Under the pieces are notes generated by a model that was not told where the DNA came from, did no database searches, and worked only from the letters and a program-made list of their open reading frames with translations. From Desulfurobacteriaceae bacterium (lineage in GTDB: Bacteria > Aquificota > Aquificia > Desulfurobacteriales > Desulfurobacteriaceae): DNA of 64,000 bases. Location: the NCBI GenBank assembly GCA_027075275.1, contig JALTBO010000083.1:4522-68521 (forward strand), in the 5' to 3' direction. The first letter of the stretch is position 1. Every line of letters starts with the position of its first letter. This document shows, piece by piece, positions 29,667 through 39,550 of the stretch. A program made the position numbers and the translations under genes.

Positions 29667-30829
29667 TGGCTCGCCACTCTGCAGAGGCTTTGGCCACTTT
29701 AAAACAGAGTGTAATTCACACTATATCAACAACTTTTCCCTGGGTGAAGGTTGAGTACGCTCTTGCTCTCTTTTTCCTGATTCTGGCTTTTTTATCTCTG
29801 TGGGGCAGGCGTCTTATAAAAGCTTTAATTTTAAGAATAGCTCTGTTTGACAAGAAAATAACGAAGGCTGAAAAGATTATGATAAGTCTTTCGTCGTGGA
29901 TTTCCTATTTCTTTTTCCTTCTCTTCCTAAATCTTGCCATTATTCAGTTAGGTCTTCCTCCTAAAATAATGAAAATTCTGAACATTCTTTTCTTTATCCT
30001 TTATGTTTTCATAGCTACGTTTATCTCTATAAGGATTATAGACCTGCTTCTTGAGAAGTTTTCAGAGAGGGTTAAGAGAAAAGTATCTGTAAGAGAAGCT
30101 CCTCTAATTGATACTTATTACTCTATGGTCTCAAAAATAATCAATGTATTTATAATTTTAGTTGCTTTAATAGCTATTTTAGACAGGCTCGGTTTTAACG
30201 TTACCTCTCTGGTAGCTTCTCTTGGTGTGAGTTCCTTGGCTGTGGGCCTTGCAGCTCAAGATACTATAAAGAACTTTATCTCCGGAATAATGCTCGTAAC
30301 AGACAGACAGTTTAGAATAGGAGACAGGGTTTACATAAAGGACATTGATGTGGAGGGCTACGTTTACGATATAGGTTTGAGGACAACGAGAATTCTGACG
30401 ATTTCGGGGAATAACCTGATAACCGTTCCAAACTCTAAGCTTACAGAGGGGGTCATTGAGAACTCTCTCTATCCGGATCCTAAGGTGAAAGACTTTGTGG
30501 AAGTTGGAGTTGCATACGGTTCAGATGTTGAAAAGGTTAAAGAGCTCCTCCTTAAAGCTGTAGAGGGAGTTGACGGGATTCTTGATGACCCTCCACCTTC
30601 AGTTTACTTTACAAACTTTGGAGACAGTGCCCTCATATTTAAACTTATCTACTACGTTGAGAGAAAGGATATTGCCTTCGGCATAAAATCTCTCTTACAC
30701 GAAAGAATAAACCAGCTCTTTAGGGAAAACGGCGTTGAAATTCCGTTTCCTCAGAACGACCTCTGGTTTAGAAACCCTTTAAAGGTAGAGGTCAATGGCT
30801 CTCTTCAGCGTAAAGATGAGGAGCTCTAA
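29666..30829 (+). CDS. mscS: Small-conductance mechanosensitive channel family
   Basis: 'LAVGLAAQDTIKNFISG', 'IGLRTT', 'VPNS', 'IPFPQ'. Confidence 0.92.
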   Translation: MARHSAEALATLKQSVIHTISTTFPWVKVEYALALFFLILAFLSLWGRRLIKALILRIALFDKKITKAEKIMISLSSWISYFFFLLFLNLAIIQLGLPPKIMKILNILFFILYVFIATFISIRIIDLLLEKFSERVKRKVSVREAPLIDTYYSMVSKIINVFIILVALIAILDRLGFNVTSLVASLGVSSLAVGLAAQDTIKNFISGIMLVTDRQFRIGDRVYIKDIDVEGYVYDIGLRTTRILTISGNNLITVPNSKLTEGVIENSLYPDPKVKDFVEVGVAYGSDVEKVKELLLKAVEGVDGILDDPPPSVYFTNFGDSALIFKLIYYVERKDIAFGIKSLLHERINQLFRENGVEIPFPQNDLWFRNPLKVEVNGSLQRKDEEL

Positions 30830-31583
30830 AAACGGGCTCCACATTTCAGGTGCAGAGAGGATAGTTCCGGAGGAGAGGGTTAATCAGGTTGTCCTTTCCC
30901 TTTTAGACAGGGCCAGAAAACACTCTCGCGGCAGGCCGGATTTCATCTCTCTTAAGGTTGAGGAGTTGAAAGAGGAGCCGGTCTACCTTAAGGCCCTTCC
31001 CGTTTATGAGGTTAAGGGGGGAGCTCCCACCGAAACTCTGCTTGAGAAGCTCTTTTCTCTGTCTGAAGTTCCTGTCTCTTTAGGTCTCAGTTTTTACAGA
31101 CAGCTCCTTAAAGGCATCTCTCCTTCAGGTGGCGTGATGAGGGGGGCAACCATCGTTGAGGTCCCTTCGGGCAGAAGGCTTGAGCCCGATAGTGAACGGG
31201 GAGTCAGAGTCTCTTACATAGACATTACGGATGAAGCTGCTGAAGAACTGAAGAGAACTGCAGGTAACAAATATACAGAGAACTTTAAAGAGGCTCTTAC
31301 ACTCTCTACAAAGGTTTTAAACCACCCTGATGTTCTGGCGGAGCTCTGCATCTCTGATGATCCGGACTACACAACGGGTTATCTCTCTATTAAAAATTTG
31401 GGTTACTTTAGGCTTTTTAACCTGAAACCTTCAGGCTTACCTTTAGGTGGAAGGGTTTTTTTCGTTAGGAAAGGAGTAGATTTAAAAGAACTTATTAGTT
31501 ATTTTGAAACGAAACCTGTTATTGTTTCTTCCGTTTCTAACTACTCTTCTGTCTCTTTAGAAGAGATGGAAGATTTCAGATAG
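30795..31583 (+). CDS. bioW: 6-carboxyhexanoate--CoA ligase
   Basis: 'HISGAERI', 'HSRGRPDF', 'MRGA', 'ELCISDDPDYTTGY', 'GGRVFF'. Confidence 0.93.
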   Translation: MALFSVKMRSSKNGLHISGAERIVPEERVNQVVLSLLDRARKHSRGRPDFISLKVEELKEEPVYLKALPVYEVKGGAPTETLLEKLFSLSEVPVSLGLSFYRQLLKGISPSGGVMRGATIVEVPSGRRLEPDSERGVRVSYIDITDEAAEELKRTAGNKYTENFKEALTLSTKVLNHPDVLAELCISDDPDYTTGYLSIKNLGYFRLFNLKPSGLPLGGRVFFVRKGVDLKELISYFETKPVIVSSVSNYSSVSLEEMEDFR

Positions 31584-31921
31584 TTACCGCTTAAAATCTT
31601 TCCTTCTATGGAAGCTCCCGGCTCTACAGAGAGCTCTTCTGAAGAAATGTCCCCTTTTACTCTGGCAGAACGTTTCAGCTCAAGCCTTTCAGCCTCTATA
31701 TTTCCCTCAACACTTCCCATAATAACAACACTTTTCGCCTTCACATTTCCCTTTACTACGGACGACTCTCCAAATATTACGCACTCGCCGTTTACATCGC
31801 CCTCAACGGTTCCGTCAATTCTTATCTTTCCTTCAGAAATAACGTTTCCCTCAATTTTCAGTCCTTCTGCTAATATGCTTTTAACCTCTGCTGTTTCTTC
31901 TTCTCTCCTCTTTTTTAACAT
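31541..31921 (-). CDS. Bactofilin (polymer-forming cytoskeletal protein)
   Basis: Repeated (I/V)xGx(V/I) beta-helix units. Confidence 0.92.
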   Translation of the reverse strand: MLKKRREEETAEVKSILAEGLKIEGNVISEGKIRIDGTVEGDVNGECVIFGESSVVKGNVKAKSVVIMGSVEGNIEAERLELKRSARVKGDISSEELSVEPGASIEGKILSGNYLKSSISSKETEE

Positions 31922-32801
31922 TCTTTAGGGCCTCCAAGAATATTTGGGGATTTACTATTTTACCTTTAAACTTTACCGCGTAGTGGAGGTGGGGGCCTGT
32001 GCTTCTTCCTGTGCTTCCCATAAGTCCTATTATCTCTCCTCGTTTAACTCTTTCTCCCCTGTGAACCAGAATCTTTGACAGGTGACCGTAGTAGGTCTGT
32101 ATGCCGTTTCCGTGATCAATCTCAACGCATTTTCCCATCAGACCGCAGTACCCTGCTCTTACAACCTTTCCGTCTGCCGGCGTTCTTATTGGTGTTCCCC
32201 ACCTATTGGCTATGTCAACGCCAAGGTGAAATTCCGGTTTTCCCGTTATGGGATTTATTCTAAGTCCAAAGGGGGAGGTTATTCTTCCGTAGGTTGGGTA
32301 ACCTACCGGAACTGTTTTGAACTCTTTAATCATTCTGTCAACCTGAGGAATGAGTGAGCTGAGATCTACGTTAACACTGCTGTCGGTTAGGAGTTTTGTT
32401 AGTGGAATGGCGGTTCCTCCTTCACCTTCAGACGTGTCAACTTTCAGACCAACCTTTTTCATAAGGGAGTTTATTATCTCTAACCGCTTTGCCAGTTTCT
32501 CAACGGTTTCTCTCTTCTCCTCTCTCAGCTGTGCTACTGTCTCTTTCAGCTCTGCGTTTTCTCTCTTTGTCTGAGAAAGTTCCAACTCCAGGCGGGATAT
32601 TTCGTCTCTCAGGTTGCCTTCAGACTTAGAGAGCTCCATCAGTTTAGATGCAGCGTATATAGAGAAGATGGAGAGGAAAACCAAGAATACGCCGAAAAGA
32701 GTTCCTGCTGTTACTATTAATCTCTTTGAAACGCTAAACCTTCTGTAGTTTGCCAGGTTGTCCTTTACCACTATCAGCTGTATTCTGTCGTTCTTTTCCA
32801 T
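31881..32801 (-). CDS. M23 family metallopeptidase with TM and coiled coil
   Basis: HxGVD, YGHL, STGPHLHY. Confidence 0.93.
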   Translation of the reverse strand: MEKNDRIQLIVVKDNLANYRRFSVSKRLIVTAGTLFGVFLVFLSIFSIYAASKLMELSKSEGNLRDEISRLELELSQTKRENAELKETVAQLREEKRETVEKLAKRLEIINSLMKKVGLKVDTSEGEGGTAIPLTKLLTDSSVNVDLSSLIPQVDRMIKEFKTVPVGYPTYGRITSPFGLRINPITGKPEFHLGVDIANRWGTPIRTPADGKVVRAGYCGLMGKCVEIDHGNGIQTYYGHLSKILVHRGERVKRGEIIGLMGSTGRSTGPHLHYAVKFKGKIVNPQIFLEALKNVKKEERRRNSRG

Positions 32802-32807
32802 TTCACT

Positions 32808-34208
32808 CTATTTCCCTATACAAAATCGGGAAAAAATAATATCATACATATCTTCTGTAGTCACCTCTCCAACTATCTCTCCTAACGATTTCAGTGCATC
32901 TTCTATGTCCATAGAGAGAAACTCCGGAGACTCTATGCCTGACTCAAGGGTTTTGACTGCCTTTTCCAGGCTTCTTTTGGCTCTTTCAAGGAGCTCTCTG
33001 TGTCTTTCAGAGGTGATAACAACTTCATCTCCACCAACAACCGCTTCAGGTTCAAGCATTACAAGGTCTGTTATAAGTTGGGCAAGTCTCTCTATTCCCT
33101 CTCCTGTTTTTGCACTTATCTCAACGCACCGTTTAAAACCGGAGTTTTCCGCCTCCTTACAGCTGAACTTCAGTCCGAGGTCTTTCTTGTTTACAACCAG
33201 TATTACGTTTTCTCTGTTCTCTATCCAGTTGAGTATTTTTCGGTCTTCGCCGGTAAAACCCTCTGAACCGTCAACTATAAAGAGAACAACATCTGCCTCT
33301 TTCAGTTTCTTTAAACTTCTTTCAATTCCTATTCTCTCAACTCTATCTACTGCTTCTCTTATTCCTGCCGTGTCAATGAGCCTGAGAGGAAGTCCTTTAA
33401 ACGTTATTGTCTCCTCTATTACGTCCCTTGTTGTTCCTGGAATCTCTGTAACTATTGCCCTTTCCTCTTTTAGAAGTGCGTTGAGGAGTGAGGATTTACC
33501 TACGTTGGGCCTTCCTACAATTGCTACTTTTATTCCTTCTCTTATCAGTTTTCCTTCTCTGTAGGTTTTAAGAAGTTCCTCAATTTTCTCTGCTGCCTCA
33601 ATCAACCTTTCCTTTACCTTTCCGCTTTCAATTATTTCTACCTCTTCCTCGGGAAAATCTACTGCTGCTTCTACGTATGCCCTTGTTTCCAGTATAAAGT
33701 CTCTTATTTCCCTTATTTTTCGGGAGAGAGCTCCCTCAAGCTGTTTCAGCGCTACCTTTGCAGAGAGTTCACTTTTTGCTTCAATAAGTTCATTTATGGC
33801 TTCGGCCTGTGTTAGGTCTATTCTTCCGTTTAAGAAAGCTCTCATTGTGAACTCTCCTGGTTCTGCAAGGCGAGCTCCTCTGCCTAAAACCTCTCTTAGT
33901 ATCTTCCTTACAACAACGATTCCTCCGTGGCTGTGGATCTCAACAACGTCTTCTCCCGTGAAGCTCTTTGGCCCTTTCATGTAAACGGCAAGGACCTCAT
34001 CTATCGGCTCTCCAAACTGGTCAACGATGAGTCCGTAGTGCATTCTTCTCTCGTCAAACTGCTCTTTTACCTTTCCCGATTTTGTTCTGAACATCTCCTT
34101 CAGAATTCTCAAAGACTCTTTTCCTGAAATTCTTACTATTCCTATTGCTCCTTTGCCTATGGGAGTTCCTATCGCTGCAATTGTATCTTCGCAGAGTAAG
34201 TCCTTCAT
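32808..34208 (-). CDS. mnmE: tRNA modification GTPase MnmE
   Basis: DTIAAI, GRPNVGKSS, DTAGIR, C-terminal FCIGK; start at MKDLL (34208). Confidence 0.98.
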   Translation of the reverse strand: MKDLLCEDTIAAIGTPIGKGAIGIVRISGKESLRILKEMFRTKSGKVKEQFDERRMHYGLIVDQFGEPIDEVLAVYMKGPKSFTGEDVVEIHSHGGIVVVRKILREVLGRGARLAEPGEFTMRAFLNGRIDLTQAEAINELIEAKSELSAKVALKQLEGALSRKIREIRDFILETRAYVEAAVDFPEEEVEIIESGKVKERLIEAAEKIEELLKTYREGKLIREGIKVAIVGRPNVGKSSLLNALLKEERAIVTEIPGTTRDVIEETITFKGLPLRLIDTAGIREAVDRVERIGIERSLKKLKEADVVLFIVDGSEGFTGEDRKILNWIENRENVILVVNKKDLGLKFSCKEAENSGFKRCVEISAKTGEGIERLAQLITDLVMLEPEAVVGGDEVVITSERHRELLERAKRSLEKAVKTLESGIESPEFLSMDIEDALKSLGEIVGEVTTEDMYDIIFSRFCIGK

Positions 34209-34271
34209 TGGTCTCTCCTTCTGCTGGTATACTTCAAAAATAAAATCTAATCGGCACAAGGGGGAACTCTT

Positions 34272-36101
34272 ATGTGTGGAATTGTAGGCTACATCGGGAA
34301 AGATAACGCAAAAGATGTAATCATAGACGGTTTAAAGAGGCTTGAATACAGAGGTTACGACTCGGCCGGTATTGCGCTTATTGTTGATAGTGAGATTTTT
34401 ACTTATAAAAAGCAGGGGAAAATAAGGAATATTGAGATAGAGCTCCGTAAGGTTCCTGTTTACTCAAACATCGGAATCGGTCATACCCGTTGGGCAACCC
34501 ACGGAAAACCGGATGATATAAACGCCCATCCTCACCTTGACTGCACTAAGAAGATTGCCCTGGTTCACAACGGAATAGTTGAGAACTACGCAGAGCTCCG
34601 CCGGGAGCTCCAGACTAAAGGGCACACCTTTCTATCTCAAACCGATACAGAAGTTATTGTTCACCTTATTGAGGAAGAGTTAAAGACCTCTCCCGACTTC
34701 TTCACCGCTTTTCTCTCGGCTGTAAAACGGCTTCAGGGTTCTTACGCCATAGCAGTTATAACACTTCATCAGCCCGATACTATCTTCGTTGCAAGGAAGG
34801 ACAGCCCCCTTGTTATAGGTCTCGGAGAGGGCGAAAACTTTGTTGCCTCAGATGTTCCAGCTTTTCTCTCTTATACGAACAGGGTCATCTTCCTTGACGA
34901 TTTTGAAGTTGCAACTGTTAATTCAAACAGCGTTTCAGTTTTTAACACTGATGGAGAAAGGGTAGAGAAAAAGGTGGTAACAGTTCCCTGGTCTCTTTCC
35001 CAGGCTGAAAAAGCGGGATACAAACATTTTATGCTGAAAGAGATAAACGAACAGCCAAGAGCTGTTGCCGACACAATTAGCGGTAATCTCAGCTGGTTCC
35101 GTGGAGAATCCTATCTTGAAGGTATAGACCCTAACTCTTTTAGCAGAATTCAGATAGTTGCCTGTGGAACCTCTTACCATGCAGGACTTATAGCCAAATT
35201 CTACTTAGAGAACTTTGCGAAAGTTCCCACCGAGGTTGACTACGCTTCTGAATACCGCTACAGAGAGCCGATAGTTGATGAAAATACTCTCGTTATCTCA
35301 ATAACCCAGTCTGGTGAAACGGCAGATACTCTGGCTGCAATGAGACTTGCCAGAGAAAAGGGGGCAAAACTTTTAACTATCTGCAACGTCATCGGGTCAA
35401 CGGCAACGAGGGAGGCCGATACGGTTATCTACACCTACGCAGGACCCGAAATAAGCGTTGCCTCAACAAAAGCTTTTACCACTCAGCTTACGGCCCTTTT
35501 CCTCTTTACTCTTTATCTTTCAAGGGAAAGGAGAGCTCTTGCTTCTGATGAAGTAGATAGCTACCTGAAAGAGCTCTTGGAGCTCCCATCAAAAATAGAA
35601 GCCTTCCTGAACCTTGAGAGGGAAAAAGAGGTTGTTAAGAAAATAGCCCTTGAGTTCTATAGGGCTAAAGATGCCCTTTACCTTGGAAGACACGTTAACT
35701 ACCCCATTGCCCTTGAGGGAGCCTTAAAGCTGAAAGAGATCTCCTACATTCACGCAGAAGGTTATCCGGCCGGTGAGATGAAACACGGCCCCATTGCCCT
35801 AATTGATGAGAATATTCCTGTTGTAGTTGTGGCAACCAGAGGAAAGGTTTTAGACAAGATCGTTTCAAACGTTGAGGAGGTAAAGGCAAGAAAGGGAAGG
35901 GTAATAGCTGTAACGAACCCTTCTGTTAAAAAAATCGGAGAGCTTGCCGAATTTCTAATAGAAGTTCCTGAGGTTAACGAGTACCTCTCACCTATTGTTA
36001 ACGTTGTTCCCCTGCAGCTTTTTGCCTATTATATCGCTGACTTTTTAGGTTACGACGTTGACCAGCCGAGAAACCTGGCAAAGAGCGTTACTGTAGAGTA
36101 G
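34272..36101 (+). CDS. glmS: Glutamine--fructose-6-phosphate aminotransferase
   Basis: MCGIVG, GHTRWATHG, PRNLAKSVTVE. Confidence 0.99.
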   Translation: MCGIVGYIGKDNAKDVIIDGLKRLEYRGYDSAGIALIVDSEIFTYKKQGKIRNIEIELRKVPVYSNIGIGHTRWATHGKPDDINAHPHLDCTKKIALVHNGIVENYAELRRELQTKGHTFLSQTDTEVIVHLIEEELKTSPDFFTAFLSAVKRLQGSYAIAVITLHQPDTIFVARKDSPLVIGLGEGENFVASDVPAFLSYTNRVIFLDDFEVATVNSNSVSVFNTDGERVEKKVVTVPWSLSQAEKAGYKHFMLKEINEQPRAVADTISGNLSWFRGESYLEGIDPNSFSRIQIVACGTSYHAGLIAKFYLENFAKVPTEVDYASEYRYREPIVDENTLVISITQSGETADTLAAMRLAREKGAKLLTICNVIGSTATREADTVIYTYAGPEISVASTKAFTTQLTALFLFTLYLSRERRALASDEVDSYLKELLELPSKIEAFLNLEREKEVVKKIALEFYRAKDALYLGRHVNYPIALEGALKLKEISYIHAEGYPAGEMKHGPIALIDENIPVVVVATRGKVLDKIVSNVEEVKARKGRVIAVTNPSVKKIGELAEFLIEVPEVNEYLSPIVNVVPLQLFAYYIADFLGYDVDQPRNLAKSVTVE

Positions 36102-36111
36102 TGGAGGTTGT

Positions 36112-36963
36112 ATGGAAACTGCCACACTTTTGATCTCCTGCCCCGACAGGAAGGGGATACTTGCTGAGGTTACAGGGTTTATAGCCAAGAACAACGGAAA
36201 TATCATCCATGCCGACCAGCACATAGACTCCCAAAACTCTACCTTCTTTATGAGGATTGAGTGGGAGCTTGAAGATTTCAGACTTCCCAAATCTGAGATA
36301 GAAAAGGCTTTTAGACCTATAGCAGAGAAGTTCCGTATGGATTACCAGCTCCACTTCAGCTCAGAGGTTCAGAACGTTGCCATATTTGTTTCCCGTTACG
36401 ACCACTGTCTTTACGACCTTCTCTACCGGTTTAAGGCAGGGGAGCTCCCCGGCAACCTGAAACTGGTTATCAGCAACCACACAGACTTAAGGCCTGTTGT
36501 TGAGATGTTCGGCGTTCCATTCTACCACTTTCCCAAGACGAAGGAGAACAAGCTTTCAGTTGAGGAGAAGGAGATAGAACTCCTTGAAAAGGAGGAGATA
36601 GATCTGATTGTCCTTGCCCGTTATATGCAGATACTGAGTAATAAGTTTGTCAGCAGGTTCAGGAACAGGATAATAAACATTCACCACTCATTCCTTCCGG
36701 CCTTTGTAGGAGCCAAACCCTACCACAGAGCTTACGAGAGAGGAGTGAAGATAATAGGAGCTACCAGCCACTACGTTACGGAGGAACTTGATCAGGGACC
36801 CATAATAGAACAGGATGTTGTTAGGGTGAGTCACAGGGACAGTGTTGAGGATATGATAAGAAAGGGGAGGGACCTTGAGAAAGTGGTTCTTTCAAGGGCA
36901 GTTAAATGGCATTTAGAAAATAAGATTTTAGTTTACAATAATAAAACTGTTATCTTTGAGTAA
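36112..36963 (+). CDS. purU: Formyltetrahydrofolate deformylase
   Basis: ACT domain 'CPDRKGI', LARYMQIL, INIHHSFLP. Confidence 0.97.
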   Translation: METATLLISCPDRKGILAEVTGFIAKNNGNIIHADQHIDSQNSTFFMRIEWELEDFRLPKSEIEKAFRPIAEKFRMDYQLHFSSEVQNVAIFVSRYDHCLYDLLYRFKAGELPGNLKLVISNHTDLRPVVEMFGVPFYHFPKTKENKLSVEEKEIELLEKEEIDLIVLARYMQILSNKFVSRFRNRIINIHHSFLPAFVGAKPYHRAYERGVKIIGATSHYVTEELDQGPIIEQDVVRVSHRDSVEDMIRKGRDLEKVVLSRAVKWHLENKILVYNNKTVIFE

Positions 36964-37026
36964 TTATTAATTGTTAAATAGTATGATTTAAATCTAAGTT
37001 AAACTTAATGTAACTTGGGAATTGCA

Positions 37027-37045
37027 TATAATTGTTAACTAACAA
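37027..37045 (+). promoter_or_regulatory. -10 box with adjacent dyad upstream of first TetR gene
   Basis: TATAAT at 37027-37032 abutting TTGTTA-AC-TAACAA at 37032-37045. Confidence 0.5.
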
Positions 37046-37064
37046 ACGAGCTCGGGGGGAAAGG

Positions 37065-37631
37065 ATGAAAGAGAGAATACTTAAAGCCGCGGAGGAAGTA
37101 TTCTCCGAAAAAGGCTACCACAACACAAAGGTGTACCAGATCGCTGAAGCTGCCGGTGTATCTGTAGGAACCATTTACCGTTTCTACGAGAGCAAGGAGG
37201 AGCTCTACGCAGACGTTATAAAGACGAAACTCAAAGAGCTTGAAAAGAGAGTAAGCAGAGCTATAAGGGGAAAAGAGCCGGAGGAAGCTCTCAGAAGCTA
37301 CATTGAAACGGTGATCAAATTTTTTGAGGATGAGAAACGATTCTTTGAACTCTTTATGAGGGAGGTTGGAAGCCTGGTTATTCCCAACGAGGAGAGGTTA
37401 AACCTTTCAGAGTGGTATGAAAGGTATACAGCAAAACTTTCTGAAGTAGTTGAGAGGGGAATTGAAAAAGGGATTTTTAAAGATTTTCACCCAAAGGCAG
37501 TTATTCTGATAATATCGGGAGCCCTGAAAAACCTTCTCTACGCTTCAGTTAAAGGTTTCATTGACCTGAAACCTGAGGATATCAAAAAAACCCTGATTGA
37601 AGTTGTAGAGAGGGGGATACTCAGAGCTTGA
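37065..37631 (+). CDS. TetR/AcrR family regulator
   Basis: 'ILKAAEEVFSEKGY...IAEAAGVSVGTIYRFYESKEEL' HTH. Confidence 0.93.
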   Translation: MKERILKAAEEVFSEKGYHNTKVYQIAEAAGVSVGTIYRFYESKEELYADVIKTKLKELEKRVSRAIRGKEPEEALRSYIETVIKFFEDEKRFFELFMREVGSLVIPNEERLNLSEWYERYTAKLSEVVERGIEKGIFKDFHPKAVILIISGALKNLLYASVKGFIDLKPEDIKKTLIEVVERGILRA

Positions 37632-37660
37632 AGTCTTCAGATTTTCTCCGGTTTTGAGTG

Positions 37661-37716
37661 TTGAATTCCCTTTTACAGGGAGTTATACTCTTTTATGTAA
37701 GTAACTGCTTACATAA
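37661..37716 (+). promoter_or_regulatory. Sigma70-type promoter with overlapping operator palindrome
   Basis: TTGAAT(37661)-17 nt-TATACT(37684); TTATGTAAG-N6-CTTACATAA at 37693-37716 spans the predicted +1. Confidence 0.75.
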
Positions 37717-37727
37717 CCGGAGGGAAG

Positions 37728-38288
37728 TTGACTGCCAGAGAGCGAATTCTTGAGGCAGCCTACAGCTGTTTCTCCCGTAAGGGTTATTTTGGGACTACCA
37801 CGAGGGAAATATCTCAGGCTGCCGGCGTTTCAGAGGTTACCCTCTTCAGGCTTTTTGGTAGTAAGAAGGAGCTTTTCCGGGAAGTTTTAATTAATTACTC
37901 AATAATTCCTGATATCAGAGCAATTTCCGTTCCTGAAGGCTCGGGAGAGGAGGTTCTGATTGATATCGGTTTGAAGCTTTTCTTCTCTTTAAGGGAGAAG
38001 AAAGAGTTCCTGAAAATCCTCCTTTCGGAGGTTACCGGTTTAACCGAAGAGGTTGAGGAGGTTTACTCCCGGTTTGTTGAGACCCTTGAGGAACTCCTCG
38101 GGAGAGTTTTCTCCTCTGCCCTCTCCCTTTCAGAGGGTGAGAGCAGAACAAAGGTAAAGGTTTTCAGATCTGCCCTTTTCGGTTTTTTTATCTCTGAGGA
38201 GGTGTTTCAGGGAAGGGAGCTCCCCTACGAAGATGTGATCCGTTTTGTAAAGTCCCTTTCTGCAGCTGTTTCAGGAGGTAGAGGTTGA
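37728..38288 (+). CDS. TetR/AcrR family regulator
   Basis: 'ILEAAYSCFSRKGY...ISQAAGVSEVTLFRLFGSKKEL'; TTG start after GGAGGG. Confidence 0.92.
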   Translation: MTARERILEAAYSCFSRKGYFGTTTREISQAAGVSEVTLFRLFGSKKELFREVLINYSIIPDIRAISVPEGSGEEVLIDIGLKLFFSLREKKEFLKILLSEVTGLTEEVEEVYSRFVETLEELLGRVFSSALSLSEGESRTKVKVFRSALFGFFISEEVFQGRELPYEDVIRFVKSLSAAVSGGRG

Positions 38289-39550
38289 AACGGCTCGTTA
38301 CACTTTTGGGAGCTCTGGCTATTCTTCTCATTACCCTCTGGTTTCTCTGGTTTATCTATCAGAGGTACGTTTACGTAATTACAGACAACGCTTTCCAGAA
38401 GGCAGACATTGTAAACGTCTCTCCTGAAGACGTTTCCGGGTATATAGTTAAACTCTACAAATCAGAATTTCAACCTGTTAAAAAGGGAGAACCTCTATTT
38501 AAGGTTGACGATTCCACTTTGAAAAAGGAGCTCTCCTCTTTAAAGTTTCAGATAGCCTCCCTTGAGGAAGACAGGAGGGAGCTTGAGGTCAAACTTTCCC
38601 GCCTTGAAAAACAGCTTCCGGCATCTGTAAAGTCGGCAGAGCTCCGCCTTTCAGCTGCAGAAAATGAGGTTTCAGCCCTTAGATCCCAGTTAAAGGAAAC
38701 AGAAACTCTCTATAAAACTTCTGTTTCTAAATCCCGTTCACTCTTGAAGGCTGCTCAGTCCTCACTTCAAGCTGCAAAAGTGGACCTTAAAAGAATGGAA
38801 AACAGGTTTAACCGTTTTAAAAACCTGTACAAGAGAAGAGTAATCTCACTTCAGCAGTTTGAGGATGTTAAATCTGCCTACTACAGCGCAAAGGCCCGGT
38901 ATAAAGGAGCTCTCTCTAACTACCAGGTCTCTCAGGAAAACCTTAAGGAAGCAGAAGCTCTCAAATTGAAAGTCCTTTCTCTGAAGGAAAAACTCCTCGC
39001 TTCGGAAAAGAGGGTTGGCCAGTTGAGAGAGGACCTAATTTCTCAGAGAGCTTCCCTTAAACAGATAGGGGAGCTCCGCCACTCAATAAAGAGCCTTTCA
39101 GAGAAAATTAAATCGTTAAAGGAGAAAGAGGAAAAACTTAAAATCCTCATATCTCATACCCTTGTCCGCTCTCCTATTTCCGGTTTTGTCGCCAAGAAGT
39201 GGCGTGAGACGGGAGATTTTGTCTCTCCCGGCCTTACGGTCTACTCAATCTACAATCCGAAAACCTTCTACGTTCTTGCCTGGGTAGATGAGGATAAGCT
39301 TCCCTACGTGAAGGTGGGGGCTCCAGCAGAAGTTGAGCTTGATGTCTGTGGAAAATCCTTTAGAGGAAAGGTATTTCAGGTGGGAAAATCAGCCGGTTCC
39401 GTATTTGCCCTTATTCCCCGTGATACCTCTCAGGGTGAGTACACAAAAGTTACCCAGAGGGTGCCGGTAAAAATTAGACTCTCTGACGTTCCGTTGAACT
39501 GTATAAAGCCAGGAACCAACGCCGTTGTAAAGATAAGGAAAGAAAGATGA
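38285..39550 (+). CDS. EmrA/HlyD family membrane fusion protein
   Basis: 'TDNA', long coiled coil, 'FALIP...YTKVTQRVPVKI'. Confidence 0.9.
   Translation: MKRLVTLLGALAILLITLWFLWFIYQRYVYVITDNAFQKADIVNVSPEDVSGYIVKLYKSEFQPVKKGEPLFKVDDSTLKKELSSLKFQIASLEEDRRELEVKLSRLEKQLPASVKSAELRLSAAENEVSALRSQLKETETLYKTSVSKSRSLLKAAQSSLQAAKVDLKRMENRFNRFKNLYKRRVISLQQFEDVKSAYYSAKARYKGALSNYQVSQENLKEAEALKLKVLSLKEKLLASEKRVGQLREDLISQRASLKQIGELRHSIKSLSEKIKSLKEKEEKLKILISHTLVRSPISGFVAKKWRETGDFVSPGLTVYSIYNPKTFYVLAWVDEDKLPYVKVGAPAEVELDVCGKSFRGKVFQVGKSAGSVFALIPRDTSQGEYTKVTQRVPVKIRLSDVPLNCIKPGTNAVVKIRKER

Noticed and set aside
32758-33564. 268-aa plus-strand ORF and the many other antisense ORFs in the track
   Set aside because: They are shadows of well-supported genes on the opposite strand (here mnmE), Ser/Phe/Leu-rich and without recognisable motifs.
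34209-34271. glmS ribozyme upstream of glmS
   Set aside because: The intergenic gap is only about 63 bp and is shared with divergent mnmE, too short for the ribozyme.
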